Shown piece after piece: positions 11,771 to 22,000 of a stretch of 64,000 bases of DNA. Numbering within the stretch: position 1 is the first letter of the stretch; each line of letters begins with the position of its first letter. The notes below the pieces were generated by a model. The model was not told the origin of the DNA and made no database searches. It was given only the letters and a program-made list of their open reading frames with translations. The translations under genes and the position numbers were made by a program. Origin of the DNA: Rebecca billardiae RCC1528 (Eukaryota; Protista; Haptophyta); NCBI GenBank assembly GCA_965240325.2, contig OZ251237.1, positions 1,550,001-1,614,000 on the forward strand, written 5' to 3'.

Positions 11771-14009
11771 CCCGCCGCCGAGCCCGCCGCCGCCTCCGAC
11801 GCCCCCATCCCCGCCGCCGAGCCCGCCGCCGCCGCCGCCGCCGCACTCGCCGCCATTCCCGCCGCCAAGCCCGCCGCCGCCGCCGCCACCGCCTGCGCCG
11901 CCGCCAAGCCCGCCGCCGCCGCCGCCGCCGCCGCAACCGCCAGCGCCGCCACCCTCGCCACCGCCGCCACCGCCGCCGCCCGCGCCGCCGCCTTCGCCGC
12001 CGCCGCCGCCCTCTCCGGCGCCGGACTACGTGTCCCCGCCGCCGCCCTCGCCCTCGCCGCCGCCGCCGAGCCCACCGCCAGCCTACGCCGAGCCGCCCAA
12101 CCCGCCGACCTTGCCCTCGCCGCCGCCGCCGCCGCCGCCGCCCACTCCGCCACCCTGCCCGCCGCCGAGCCCGCCACCGCCGCCGAACCCGCCCTCGCCG
12201 CCGCCGAGCCCGCCGCCGCCGCCGTCGCCTCCGACGCCGCCGCCGAGCCCGCCACCGCCTCCTCCGCCCCCATTCCCGCCGCCGAGCCCGCCGCCGCCGC
12301 CCACCCCGCCCTCGCCGCCGCCGAGCCCGCCGCCGCCTCCAACGCCGCCCGCGCCGCCGCCGAGCCCGCCGCCGCCGCCCGCTCCGGCCTACTCCAACTC
12401 TGCCGACTACACGCACTGCCTGTACGAGGCGGCGCAGGGCGGGCACGCGTGCAAGCGGATCGCGGACTGGCCGAGCGTGGGCGGCACCGTCCCCACCGAG
12501 GTGGGCACCATCGTGGGGCTCGAGTTCATCGAGCTCTCGCACGGCGCCACCTCGGGCACGCTGCCCACCGAGATCGGCTACCTCACGCGGCTGCACGACC
12601 TGCTGCTCACGCCCGGCAGCGAGGTGGCGCTGGCGCGCGTGCTGCCCACCGAGCTGGGCGAGCTGAGCGCGCTGAACACCGTGCTGCTGGACAAGCTCGA
12701 CTCGCCCTCCACCGAGATCCCCACCGAGATCGGCCGCTGCACCGACCTGGAGGTCTTCGAGATCACGGCCTCGTCGATTGGGGGCACGCTGCCGTCTCAG
12801 CTGCTCGCGGGCGGCAGCCTGACTGAGCTCGTGCTCAGCGAGCTGAGCGGGCTGGGCGGGACGATCCCCACGACGCTCGGGAGCATGCTGACCGACCCCG
12901 ACCCGCCCTCCGCGCCGGACGACGCGCGCGTGCTGCTGAGCGAGCTGTACAGCCTGACGGGCACCCTGCCCACCGAGCTGGGGCGCATGAGCGGCCTCAC
13001 GGCACTGACACTCTCAGGGCTGGTGCGCCTCACCGGCTCGGTGCCGACGGAGGTGGGCGGCATGGCGCGGCTGGAGGCGCTCACGCTGCAGAGCTGCGCG
13101 CTGGGCGGCGTGCTGCCGACCGAGCTCGCGCGGATCGCCACCAAGGACGCCGTCACCAAGCAGGACGGCTCGACCAAGCCGCTCTCCGGCGGCGCGCTCA
13201 ACTCGCTCGACGTGAGCGGCAACAGCCTGGGCGGCGTGATCCCCACCGAGTTCGGCCGCGTCACCGACCTCGCCTGCACGCTGGAGGACAGCGGGAACAC
13301 GCTGTGGGGCGAGCTCAGCCTGCCGTTCCGCGACAACTTCTTCCTGCCCAACCCGACGGCCAAGCTGGCGAAGGGCAGCTGCCTGCCCAGCGGCGCGTAC
13401 TCGTCGCCGCCGTCGCCGCCGCCGGCCGAGCAAGACTCGCCCGCGGAGGGGCTGGACGTGGACGGGGAGCTGCGGATGAGCGGCGAGCCCTCGCTGTGCA
13501 ACAGCCAGGCGTTCAAGGACGGCGTGGCGTCGGGCCTGGCGCGCGGCGTGGGCGTGCCGTCGAACCGCGTGTCGATCACCGGCTGCAGGGGCGGCTCGGT
13601 GATCGTCTCGTTCCGCATCAAGCAGGTGACGGGCGAGTACACCGACTCGGTCAGCGTGGCGGACAAGCTGACGAGCGACGCGGCGGTCAGGACGCTCATC
13701 GCCAACTACATCGCGGCGAACACGGGCGTGGCGGTCTCGCCGAGCTCGATCGTGATCACCGGCATCGCGCAGTTCGGCTTCAACCCGCCGCCGCCGCCCA
13801 GCCCGCCGCCGTCGATGCCGCCGCCCGCGTTTGCGCCGATCGACGCGGCGGCGCTCACGGACGCCGAGCTGGCGGGCGTCATCCTGGGATCGGTGTTTGG
13901 CTGCTGCTGCCTTGTGGGGCTGTGCGCGGCGGTGTACTACTTCTTCTGCAGGCAGAGCCCGGAGTCGGTCGCGGGCGCGGGCGGCGGGCGGGCAGCGCAG
14001 AGGCTCTGA
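10881..14009 (+). CDS. Extensin-like (SPn) / LRR / SEA-like / TM cell-surface protein, paralog 3
   Basis: 1042-aa intronless ORF with the same domain order as paralog 2. Shared blocks include PTEIGYLTRLHDL, LDSPSTEIPTEIG, CLPSGAYSSPPSPPP and GGSVIVSFRIKQVTGEYTDS. TM helix LAGVILGSVFGCCCLVGLCAAVYYFFC. Confidence 0.9.
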
Positions 14010-14622
14010 GCGCGCCGCGCCCGCGCCCTGTGCGCGTCGCCGCCCGTCCCAGCTCGGTCGGGCTACCGCCGCCGCCGGCGCGGGCGCGCGGCCAGCGCGC
14101 GCGCGCGCGTGCGGCGCGCGGCCGCAGCACCTCGCGCGCGCACCCGGCGCTCGGCCGGGTGCGCGCCGCTCTCCTTCCGTGGCGTGCTGCTCCTCTTCGA
14201 ATGCATGCCGGCACTGGCGTCCTGCATCCACCGCCACGTCGCCTCGTCCGGCCGCAGCCGACTGCCCGTGACATTATGATGACCCGGTGGCGTTGCCATA
14301 CTTGCCATTGCACCGCGCCCGCGGCGCGGCCGGCCGGCCGGCCTGCGCGGGACGACCCGGCGGGACCGCTTGCGGCCGCGGGCTGCGCCTGCACGGCGTC
14401 GGACTGATGACGACCTCGACCGCCATCATCCTCAGCATCATGATCGTCGTCGGCGGCGTCATCGTCAGTGTGAGTGAGTGTCGATCGTCCAATAGCTATA
14501 TGCAGCCGCCATCATATCATCGATCAATATGAATATTCGATCATCGTCGTCGTCATCAGCTGCCAGCTGGCACTTATGTCATTGTGACTTGTCAGCAGCG
14601 CACGGCAGCAGCGCGCATATTT

Positions 14623-17291
14623 TCACCCAGCAGTCTCAGCAGCGCTACCAGCAGCCCCAGGGTCCGCCTCATCAGCAGGAGCAGCAGCGCCGGCGCCGTC
14701 ATGCTGCCGAGCGAGCGCTGCGAACGTGCCTCGCAGCGCCGCGTGCAGGCTGGCGTACGCGTGGTACCGCCGCTCGTGCAGCGCGCGCACAGACGCGTCC
14801 GCACTGGGCGTGTACTCGGCCGCGGCGGCAAAGAAGCCGGGCGGCGCGTCGTCGGGGCTGAGCGAGCGCGCCCAGCCGAGGCCGGCGGGCTGCGCGGCGA
14901 GCAGCGCCGCGCCGCGCGCGCCCGCGTGCTCCGCCTCTGCGGGCACGACGACCGTCGCGCCGAGCACGTCCGCCAGCGTCTGCATCCAGAGCGCCGAGTG
15001 CGTCGCGCCGCCCACGACGGTGAGCTCGGCGCGCGCGCTGCCGCCCGGCGCGGCGGCTCGGGCCGCGGCGCCGCCGGCCGGGTCATCGCGCGCGGCTGCC
15101 GCTTGCACGTGCTCGAGCAGCGCGCGCTGCGCGTAGCAGGTGCCCTCGAGCACCGCGCGGCTGAGCTGCGCCGCGCCCGTGTCCGCGCCGATCCCGACGA
15201 AGCAGGCGCGCGCGTGCGCGTCCGTGAAGGGCGAGCGCTCGCCCTGAGCGCCGGCCGCGGCGGGCAGCGCGCGCGCGGGCGACGGGGGGCGCTCCCAGCG
15301 GCGGTGAGCGCGCGCGCACGCGCGGGCGCAGCGCGCGCGGCTGGCGCGCAGGGGTGCGCGCGCGCCCACGCGTGGGCCCACGCCGCCCGTTGCCAACGCC
15401 GCGCGTGGGCCCACGCCGCCCGTTGCCAACGCGGCGCGCGCCGCGCGCGCCGCGCGTGCGGCCAAGGCGAGGGCGCGCGCGGCAGCCCGGGGCGAGCCGC
15501 GCTCGCGCTCGCGCGCGGCGCGCGGTGCGCAGCGCGCGTGCGCCCGGGGTGTGATGTGCGGCGCGCGCGGCGGGCGCGCACCTGCAGCCAGGGGCAGAAG
15601 AGCACACCGCCGCTGCCCGGCTCGCTCTGCGCCGCGAGCGCGTTGAGCTGCGCGTAGCTGCACGCGCTCGGCGGCGCGGCCTCCGCACGCGCGCCGCCGA
15701 CCGGGGCGCGCGCGTCGCCTGGCGGCGCGGCGCCCACGCCGCCGCCGCGCGCGCCGGCCACGCCCGCATCCGCCGGCCCGCCGAGCAGCGCGCGCCGCAC
15801 CCACTCGATGTTGGCGCCGCAGCTGACGCAGCTGGCCGCGCGGATGGCAAGCTGCGCCCGCTGCTGCCGCTGCTGCTGCGGAGCGGACGGCGGCGCGCGC
15901 GCGTTGGGCGGCGCGGGCGGCTCGTGCGGAGGCGGAGGCGCGCCCGGTGCGGCGCCGGCCGCGTGTCCGCGCGCCTCGTCGGCAGCTCGCGCCGCGGCCC
16001 GCTCGGCGCCCGAGCCGAACGCGCCCGCGCCTGCCGCCGCGCACGCGCCCAGAGGCGGTGGCGCCGGCTGGGCCAGCGGCGGGGCCGGGTGTGCGAGTTC
16101 AAACAGCCCCTCCGGCAGAGGCCCCCCCGGCAGAAGCGGCGGCGGCAGCGCGCCCTCCGGCGGCGGCGGCGGGAGCGGCACGCTCATCGCGACCCACGAC
16201 GAGGTGCCCATGTACGCGTACGCGCGGCCGGGCACCGCCGCGCCCACGCCCGCGGTCGTGCTGCCCGCGTCGCCGCAGCCGTGGAAGAGCCACACGCCCG
16301 CGAGCGCGGGCGCGCCGAGCTCGGCCGCGGCGCGCGCGCTCACGCGCCCGACCGCGCGGTCGGCGCGCACGAGGGTGGGGAGGAGGCGGCCGAGCCACGA
16401 TGCGCGGCGGCGGTGCTCGGCGCCGCGCGCGCCGGTCGGCGCGGCCGCGCCCACCTGCCTCGCCTCCGCGCGCGCCGTCGCCCGTGCGGCAGCGGCAGCG
16501 GGCGCGCCGGCCTTCCTCGGCAGCGGCGGCAGCGCCTCGGCCCACGCGTCGTGCGCCCAGCTCGAGCGCGTGCGCGCGTCCAGGAGTCCGGTGGTGCTCG
16601 CCGTGGTCAGGTCGCAGAGCCAGCGCGCGCACGCCGCCGCGCCGAGCACGCCGCCGCCCGTGCCCTCCGGCGCGGCTGCGGGGGCCGCGCGAGGCGTGTC
16701 GCGCGCGCCGGCGTCGGCGTCGGGCGGCGCGCCGCTTGCCTCAGGCTGCGCCTCGCCTCCGAGCATGCGCGCGCACACGTACGAGTGCGCGCCGAGGAGG
16801 AGCGCGGCGGCGCGCTCGAGCGCGTGCGGCTCGTGCTCGCGCACCCACGCCAGCTTGGGCAGCAGGCTCGCCGCGCCCTTGTACCCCAGCAGGCGCGCGC
16901 GCAGCGCGGAGGCGCCGCCGGCCGTGCGCGCCTCGAGCGCGGACGCCTGCGCGGCGGCGCGCGTGTCCGAGTAGAGGATGGCCGGACGGAGCGGCTCGCA
17001 CCGCTCGTCCACGAGGATCAGGTCCTGCATCTGCCCCGAGCACGCCACCGCCTCGGGCCGCAGCCCGGCGGCCGCGAGCGACTCGCTCAGCTCGGCGAGC
17101 GCGCCGCACAGCGCGCGCCACCACTCGCGCGGGTCCTGCTCGACGACGCCGCCGGGCGCCGTGGACGTGGAGACGGGGCGCTGCGCGCTCGCGCGCGCGC
17201 GCCCGTCACGCCCGACCGCCGTCGCCTTGAGCGCCGTCGTGCCCACATCGATGGCTATGATCACCGCCGCGCCGTCCACCGCGGCCGCCAT
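14623..17291 (-). CDS. FGGY-family carbohydrate kinase (xylulokinase/XylB-like); exons ~17291-15582 and 15243-14623
   Basis: Motifs IAIDVGTTALKA, VEQDPREWW, CSGQMQ, PAILYSDTRA, LPKLAWV, DLTTASTTGLLD, GCGDAG, YMGTSSW, FCPWLQ|GERSP, RAVLEG, VGGATHSALWMQTLADV, GARGAALLA. A GT..AG intron at 15581-15244 joins the two frames. Confidence 0.9.
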
Positions 17292-17384
17292 AGACTGCCG
17301 TGCTTGCCAGTGCGGCCGGGGTCGGCTGCGCCGAGTTGCGACTTGCGACTGGGAAAGTGGCAAAGTGCGCCCGGGCCGGCCAGC

Positions 17385-18773
17385 ATGGCGTCGACGACGT
17401 CCGCCGCGCTCGCGGTGTGCTCGCTCCTGCTCGCGGGCGCGCTGCTCGTGCGCTCGGCGCGCGCGCCGTCGTCGGCGCGTTCGCAGGCGGAGCCCCCATG
17501 CGCCGACATCGACCCCGCCTTCGTCCTCGCCGGGCCGCTCGCCGCGCGCTGCGGCCTGCGGTGCGCGGCAGACCTGGACGCGCGCCGCTGGGCTGCGCTC
17601 GCGGCGTTCCTCTTCGACTTCCTCGGCGTGGCGCCGAGCGCGCACGACGAGCGCGTGCACTGGTACTATTTGCCGGTGTACACCTGGCTCCGCGCGCTGC
17701 TCGACGCGCGCGAGGCCTCCGCCGCGTGCGCCGAGCGCGCGCTGCTCGCGGGCGTGCAGTGCGTGCAGGGCGGCGGCAAGACGTCGCTCGTCTCCGCGCT
17801 GTGCGCGCTCTTCGGCGCGGACCCGCAGGGCGCGCGCGTGTGCGTCGGCGCGTCTATCGACGACTTCTACCTCCCGCACGACGGCCTCAACGCCGTCGCC
17901 GCCGCGCACCCGGACAACCCGCTGCTGCAGGTGCGAGCGATCGGCTGCGGCGTGCGCGCGCGCCGCCGCGCGCGCGTGCGCGGCCGGACGATCAGCATGG
18001 CCGCCCCGGTGTGTGTGTGCACGCGCCGCCGCCGCCGCTGCGGCCCGCGGCCTGTGCTGCGGCGGCGCGCGCAGGTGCGCGGCCTGCCGAGCACGCACGA
18101 CGTGGCGCTCTGCGTGCGCACCGTCGACGCCCTGCGCCGCGCGCGCGCGCCGGGCTCGCGCGTGCTGGTGCCTCGGTTTGACAAGGGCGCGCACGGCGGC
18201 CGCGGCGACCGGCGGCCGCGCTCGGAGTGGTCCGAGGTGGCGGGGCGCGTGGACGTGGTGCTCGTGGAAGGGTGGTGCCTCGGCTTCTCCCCGCGCGCGC
18301 CCGACGCGCCGCCGCTCTGCTCCGCCCACCTGTGCCCCGTCGACGCCGCGCTGCGCGCCCACGATGGCGCCGATTTCGTCAGCCTGCATGGCAGGATGGA
18401 CGCCTGGCTGGTCGTGCGCGTCGGCCACCCGGCGGCGGTGTACCGGTGGCGCGAGGAGGCGGAGGCGGAGGCGCGGCGCGCGGGGCGCGGCGCGATGAGC
18501 GAGGGCGCCGTGCGCGCCTTCTGCGACTGTTACATGCCCGCGTACCGGCAGTACCTCCCCGCCGTGTACGGCGCTTACGACGCGGCCACCGGCCTCGGCC
18601 GCGAGGGCGCCGCGCTGGGCGCCGGCCGGCCGCAGCTGCAGTTTGCGGTGGACGACGGCCGCGCGCCGTGCGCGGACGGGGCGGCGGGCGCCGCGCCGGG
18701 CGCCCGCCCGCCCGCCGGCCTGGCCCTCCCCGCCGAGCTGCGCGAGCGCGCCGAGCGTGTCTTCGCCTGCTGA
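17385..18773 (+). CDS. GLYK: D-glycerate 3-kinase (GLYK/Tda10-like P-loop kinase); one in-frame intron at 17931-18074
   Basis: Motifs YYLPVYTW, P-loop QGGGKT, SIDDFYL, NPLLQ|VRGLPSTHD, PRFDKGAHGGRGDR, VEGWCLGF, VYRWREEAE, CYMPAY. Hydrophobic N-terminus could be a targeting signal. Confidence 0.85.
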   Translation: MASTTSAALAVCSLLLAGALLVRSARAPSSARSQAEPPCADIDPAFVLAGPLAARCGLRCAADLDARRWAALAAFLFDFLGVAPSAHDERVHWYYLPVYTWLRALLDAREASAACAERALLAGVQCVQGGGKTSLVSALCALFGADPQGARVCVGASIDDFYLPHDGLNAVAAAHPDNPLLQVRAIGCGVRARRRARVRGRTISMAAPVCVCTRRRRRCGPRPVLRRRAQVRGLPSTHDVALCVRTVDALRRARAPGSRVLVPRFDKGAHGGRGDRRPRSEWSEVAGRVDVVLVEGWCLGFSPRAPDAPPLCSAHLCPVDAALRAHDGADFVSLHGRMDAWLVVRVGHPAAVYRWREEAEAEARRAGRGAMSEGAVRAFCDCYMPAYRQYLPAVYGAYDAATGLGREGAALGAGRPQLQFAVDDGRAPCADGAAGAAPGARPPAGLALPAELRERAERVFAC

Positions 18774-18825
18774 CCGCCTGAGTCGATGGCGATTCGAGTA
18801 GGCTCTATCTGCTCGATCGTCGTCA

Positions 18826-18939
18826 CATCTCATCGACATCGTCGGATGCCGTTCTGACGCCCCTACGGGCGTCAATCTCGCCTGCCGAATAACTCAAATA
18901 AGCTGTGTGCGACACGGCTCTTATTCTTAGTCAACTGTA
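18826..18939 (-). mobile_element. Degenerate reverse copy of the same TIR family
   Basis: tctcgcctgcc...agctgtgtgcg...ctcttattcttagtcaactg|ta; weaker similarity to the reverse complement of 42460-42510 extends further upstream. Confidence 0.5.
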
Positions 18940-19074
18940 CTACTATCAGTGGGTACTGTGTTCTGGCCGTGATGCGCGCAGTGACCGCACGCGGCGTGCG
19001 TCCTCGCCACTCCTCGGTTCCGGTGGCAACGGGCGCGTCCGTTTCGCGATTCGAGCGAGGCCAAGGCAGGCAGG

Positions 19075-22000
19075 ATGGCGGCCGGGCAGCTCTCGCTAAA
19101 GTGCGCCCGTTGCGCGGCGTCGAGGCCGCGGCGCGCCCTGGGCCGGCCGGCGCGGCGCGGCGCGCGCGGCCTCGCCCACCCACGCCCGTCCTCGCCCGCC
19201 TCTCGCCGCGCCGCCCGTCCGCGCGCACCGCCGCCCCCGCTGCCGCGCGCGCGCGCAGCCTCTCGTTCGGTCTCCAACCGATCGCGCACAATAATGTGCT
19301 CAGCGTGGACGACACGACGCTGGCGTACCCGGTGGGGCGGCACGTCACGGTGGTGAACACCGAGTCGCGCGCCTCCAGCTTCCTCGCCACCGACCACTTT
19401 GACCGCGTGCACCGCGTCACCGCGATGGCCATCGCGCCCTCGCGCAAGTTCCTCGCGGTCGGCGAGGTGGCGGGCACGGACGAGCTCGCGCAGCTCAGCG
19501 TGTTCACGGCACGTGGCGCGGCGCGCGCGCGGGGGGTGGGTGGGTGGGACGCGCGCGGGGAAGGGCGCGCCGCCGCTCGAGCCGCTCACCGCCGCGCCGC
19601 CGCTCGGCGCCGCCGCCGCCGCTCGCCGCGCGCGCGCGTGCTGCGCGCAGGTCGGGACACAGAAGCGAAACCGCACGCTGCAGACGCCGCCCGACGTGAA
19701 CGTGCACGAGTGGCGCTCGATCGCCTTCTCGAGCGACGGCAAGCTCATCGTCGCGCTCGGCGACGCGCCCGACTACTACCTCCTCTACTGGCACTGGGAG
19801 CGCAACCGGACGCTCGGGTCGGCGCGCGTGGGCATGCCCGCCATGCGCGTCGCCATCTCGCGGCGCGAGGCGGAGAACGCGACGGTGGCGGTGAGCGGGC
19901 CGAAGCTGATGCGCTTCTACCGCGCGGTCGACGGCCAGATCAAGGTGCGCGCCCGCCGCCGCACCCCGCCGCCCGCCGCCTCGGCGCGCCCGCGCGCGCG
20001 CGCGCGCGCTCTGCGCGCCTCACGCGCCGCGCGCCGCCCTTGCGCCCCGGCGCGCGCAGGGCGCGAACGCGTCGGTGGGGAAGCGCGAGCTGCTGGACTA
20101 CTCGGACCAGTGCTGGCTGTCGGACGAGCGGCTCGTCGCGTGCGCCATCTCGGGCGAGGTCTCCGTCTTCGAGGCGCAGGAGCTGCGGCAGGTGCTGCCG
20201 GCCGTGCACGCGGGCAGCGCGGGGCTGCACACGATCTGCGCGTTTGCGCGCGGATTCATCGTCGCGGGCGAGCGCGGGCTGCTCTCGCTGCACGAGCGCA
20301 CGGAGGACAACGCGTTCGTGCCGCTCAAGACGTTCGTGTGGTGCGCGCGCCGCGCCGTGGGCTCCCGAGCGCGCCGCATGCCGCGCTGCTCACGCGCACG
20401 CGCCCGCGCACGCGCCGCGCGCGCGCCCTCCCCGCGCAGCCACGGCGCGATCTCGCGCATCGCGGGCACGGCGGTGCTCGCCGACCGCCGCCCCGAGCCC
20501 ATCACCGCCATCTCCATCTCCCCGACGGAGGAGTCGCTCGTCATCTGCCAGGGCGGCACGCAGGTGCGGGCGCGGCCCGGGGCGCGCGCGGAGGGCGGGC
20601 GCGCGGGCGCCGTGCGCGGGCGCTGAGGGGAGGGGGCGGCGGCGGGGGCGCCACCCGCCGTGCGGCGCGCGCGCGCTCACGGCCGCGCGCCCACGCCGCC
20701 ACCGCGCCGCCACCGCCGCCCACCGTTCAACCCCGGCCTCCATCCATCTGTGCCCGACCTGTGCCCGACCTGTGCCCCCCTGTGCACGCGCGCGTGCGCA
20801 GGTGGCGACGTTTGCGCTCAAGGACGTGGACATTCTCAAGTCGGACGGCGACGAGGACCACTTCAGCCCGCTGTGCGGCGGCTTCCACATGGGCGCCGTC
20901 ACCGGGCTGGACGTGTGCGCGCGCAAGCCGCTCGCCGTCACGTGCTCGGCGGACAGGACTGTGCGCGTCTGGTCGTACGGTGCGCGCGGCGCGCGCGGCG
21001 CGCGGCGCGCGCGGCGCGCGGCGCGCGGCGGGGCGGGCTGCGCCGCCGGCTGCGCGGCGCGCCGGGAGGGCGGGGAGGGCGGGGCCGAGGGGCGGCGGGC
21101 TGGCGCGCTCGTGCGCGCGGGCGGGCGGCCAAGCGCGCGCGGCTGGCTCGCACGGCACCCTCTCGGGCGGCGCGCGCCCCTTGCGCTCGCGCGCTCGCGC
21201 GCGCGTGCGTGCGCGCGCGCGCGGCGTGGGCTTGGGGCCGCAGCCGCGCCCACGCGCGCTCGGCCGAGGCCGCCGCCGTCCCCTCCGCCCTGCGCGCGCG
21301 CGTGCGCTCGCCCCGGCAGCGGAGCGCCAGTGCGAGCAGGCGCGCTTCTTCGTCGAGGAGCCGCTCTCCGTCGCGTTCCACCCGTCGGGGTACCACGTGG
21401 TGGTGGGCTTTGCTGACAAGCTGCGCTTCTTCCACGTGTGTGCGCGCGCACACGCACGCGCACACGCGCACACGCACGCGCACACGCACGCGCACACGCG
21501 CACACACACGCACGCACGCACACGCGGGCAGCGCGCGCGCGCGCGCGTGTGCCGGCGTGGGCGCGCGGGTCGCCCTGCGCGCTGCGCTGTCCGCGCCCCG
21601 CCCGCCCGCCAGCGCGCGCGCCCACGCCTCGCGCGCGCCCCGCGCCCCGCGCCCCCGCCCCCCGCCCGCTGCCTCCCCCTCCCGCCGCGCAGGTGCTGGT
21701 GGACGACCTCAAGTTCGTCGCCGAGTTCCACGTCAAGATGTGCCGTGAGGTGCGCTTCTCGAACGGCGGCCACTTCTTCTGCGCGACCGCGGGGCCCAAC
21801 GTGATTCTATTTGGAACCTACTCGATGGAAGCAGTGGGCACGCTCAAGGGCCACGCGGGGCCCGTGCGCGCGCTCGCCTTCTCCGCGGACGACCTGGCGA
21901 TCGTCACGGCGGGTGCGCGCACGCGGGGCCGCGCGCGGCGCACCCGCTCCGCGCGCGCGCGGCTGCTGCCGGCTGCTGCCGCAGCTGCCGGCTCAGCACG

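Noticed and set aside
67-12826. Long Gly-rich, Arg-rich and Ala-rich ORFs (e.g. 3836-6373 -, 67-1917 -, 10369-12342 -, 10892-12826 +)
   Set aside because: These are alternative-frame or antisense shadows of the (CCG/TCG)n extensin repeats. Only the Pro/Ser frame has a signal peptide and continues into LRRs.
14592-18875. 1427-aa ORF as a single giant fusion protein
   Set aside because: The N-terminal part is antisense to GLYK and the C-terminal part reads through an intron out of frame. The real gene starts at 17291.
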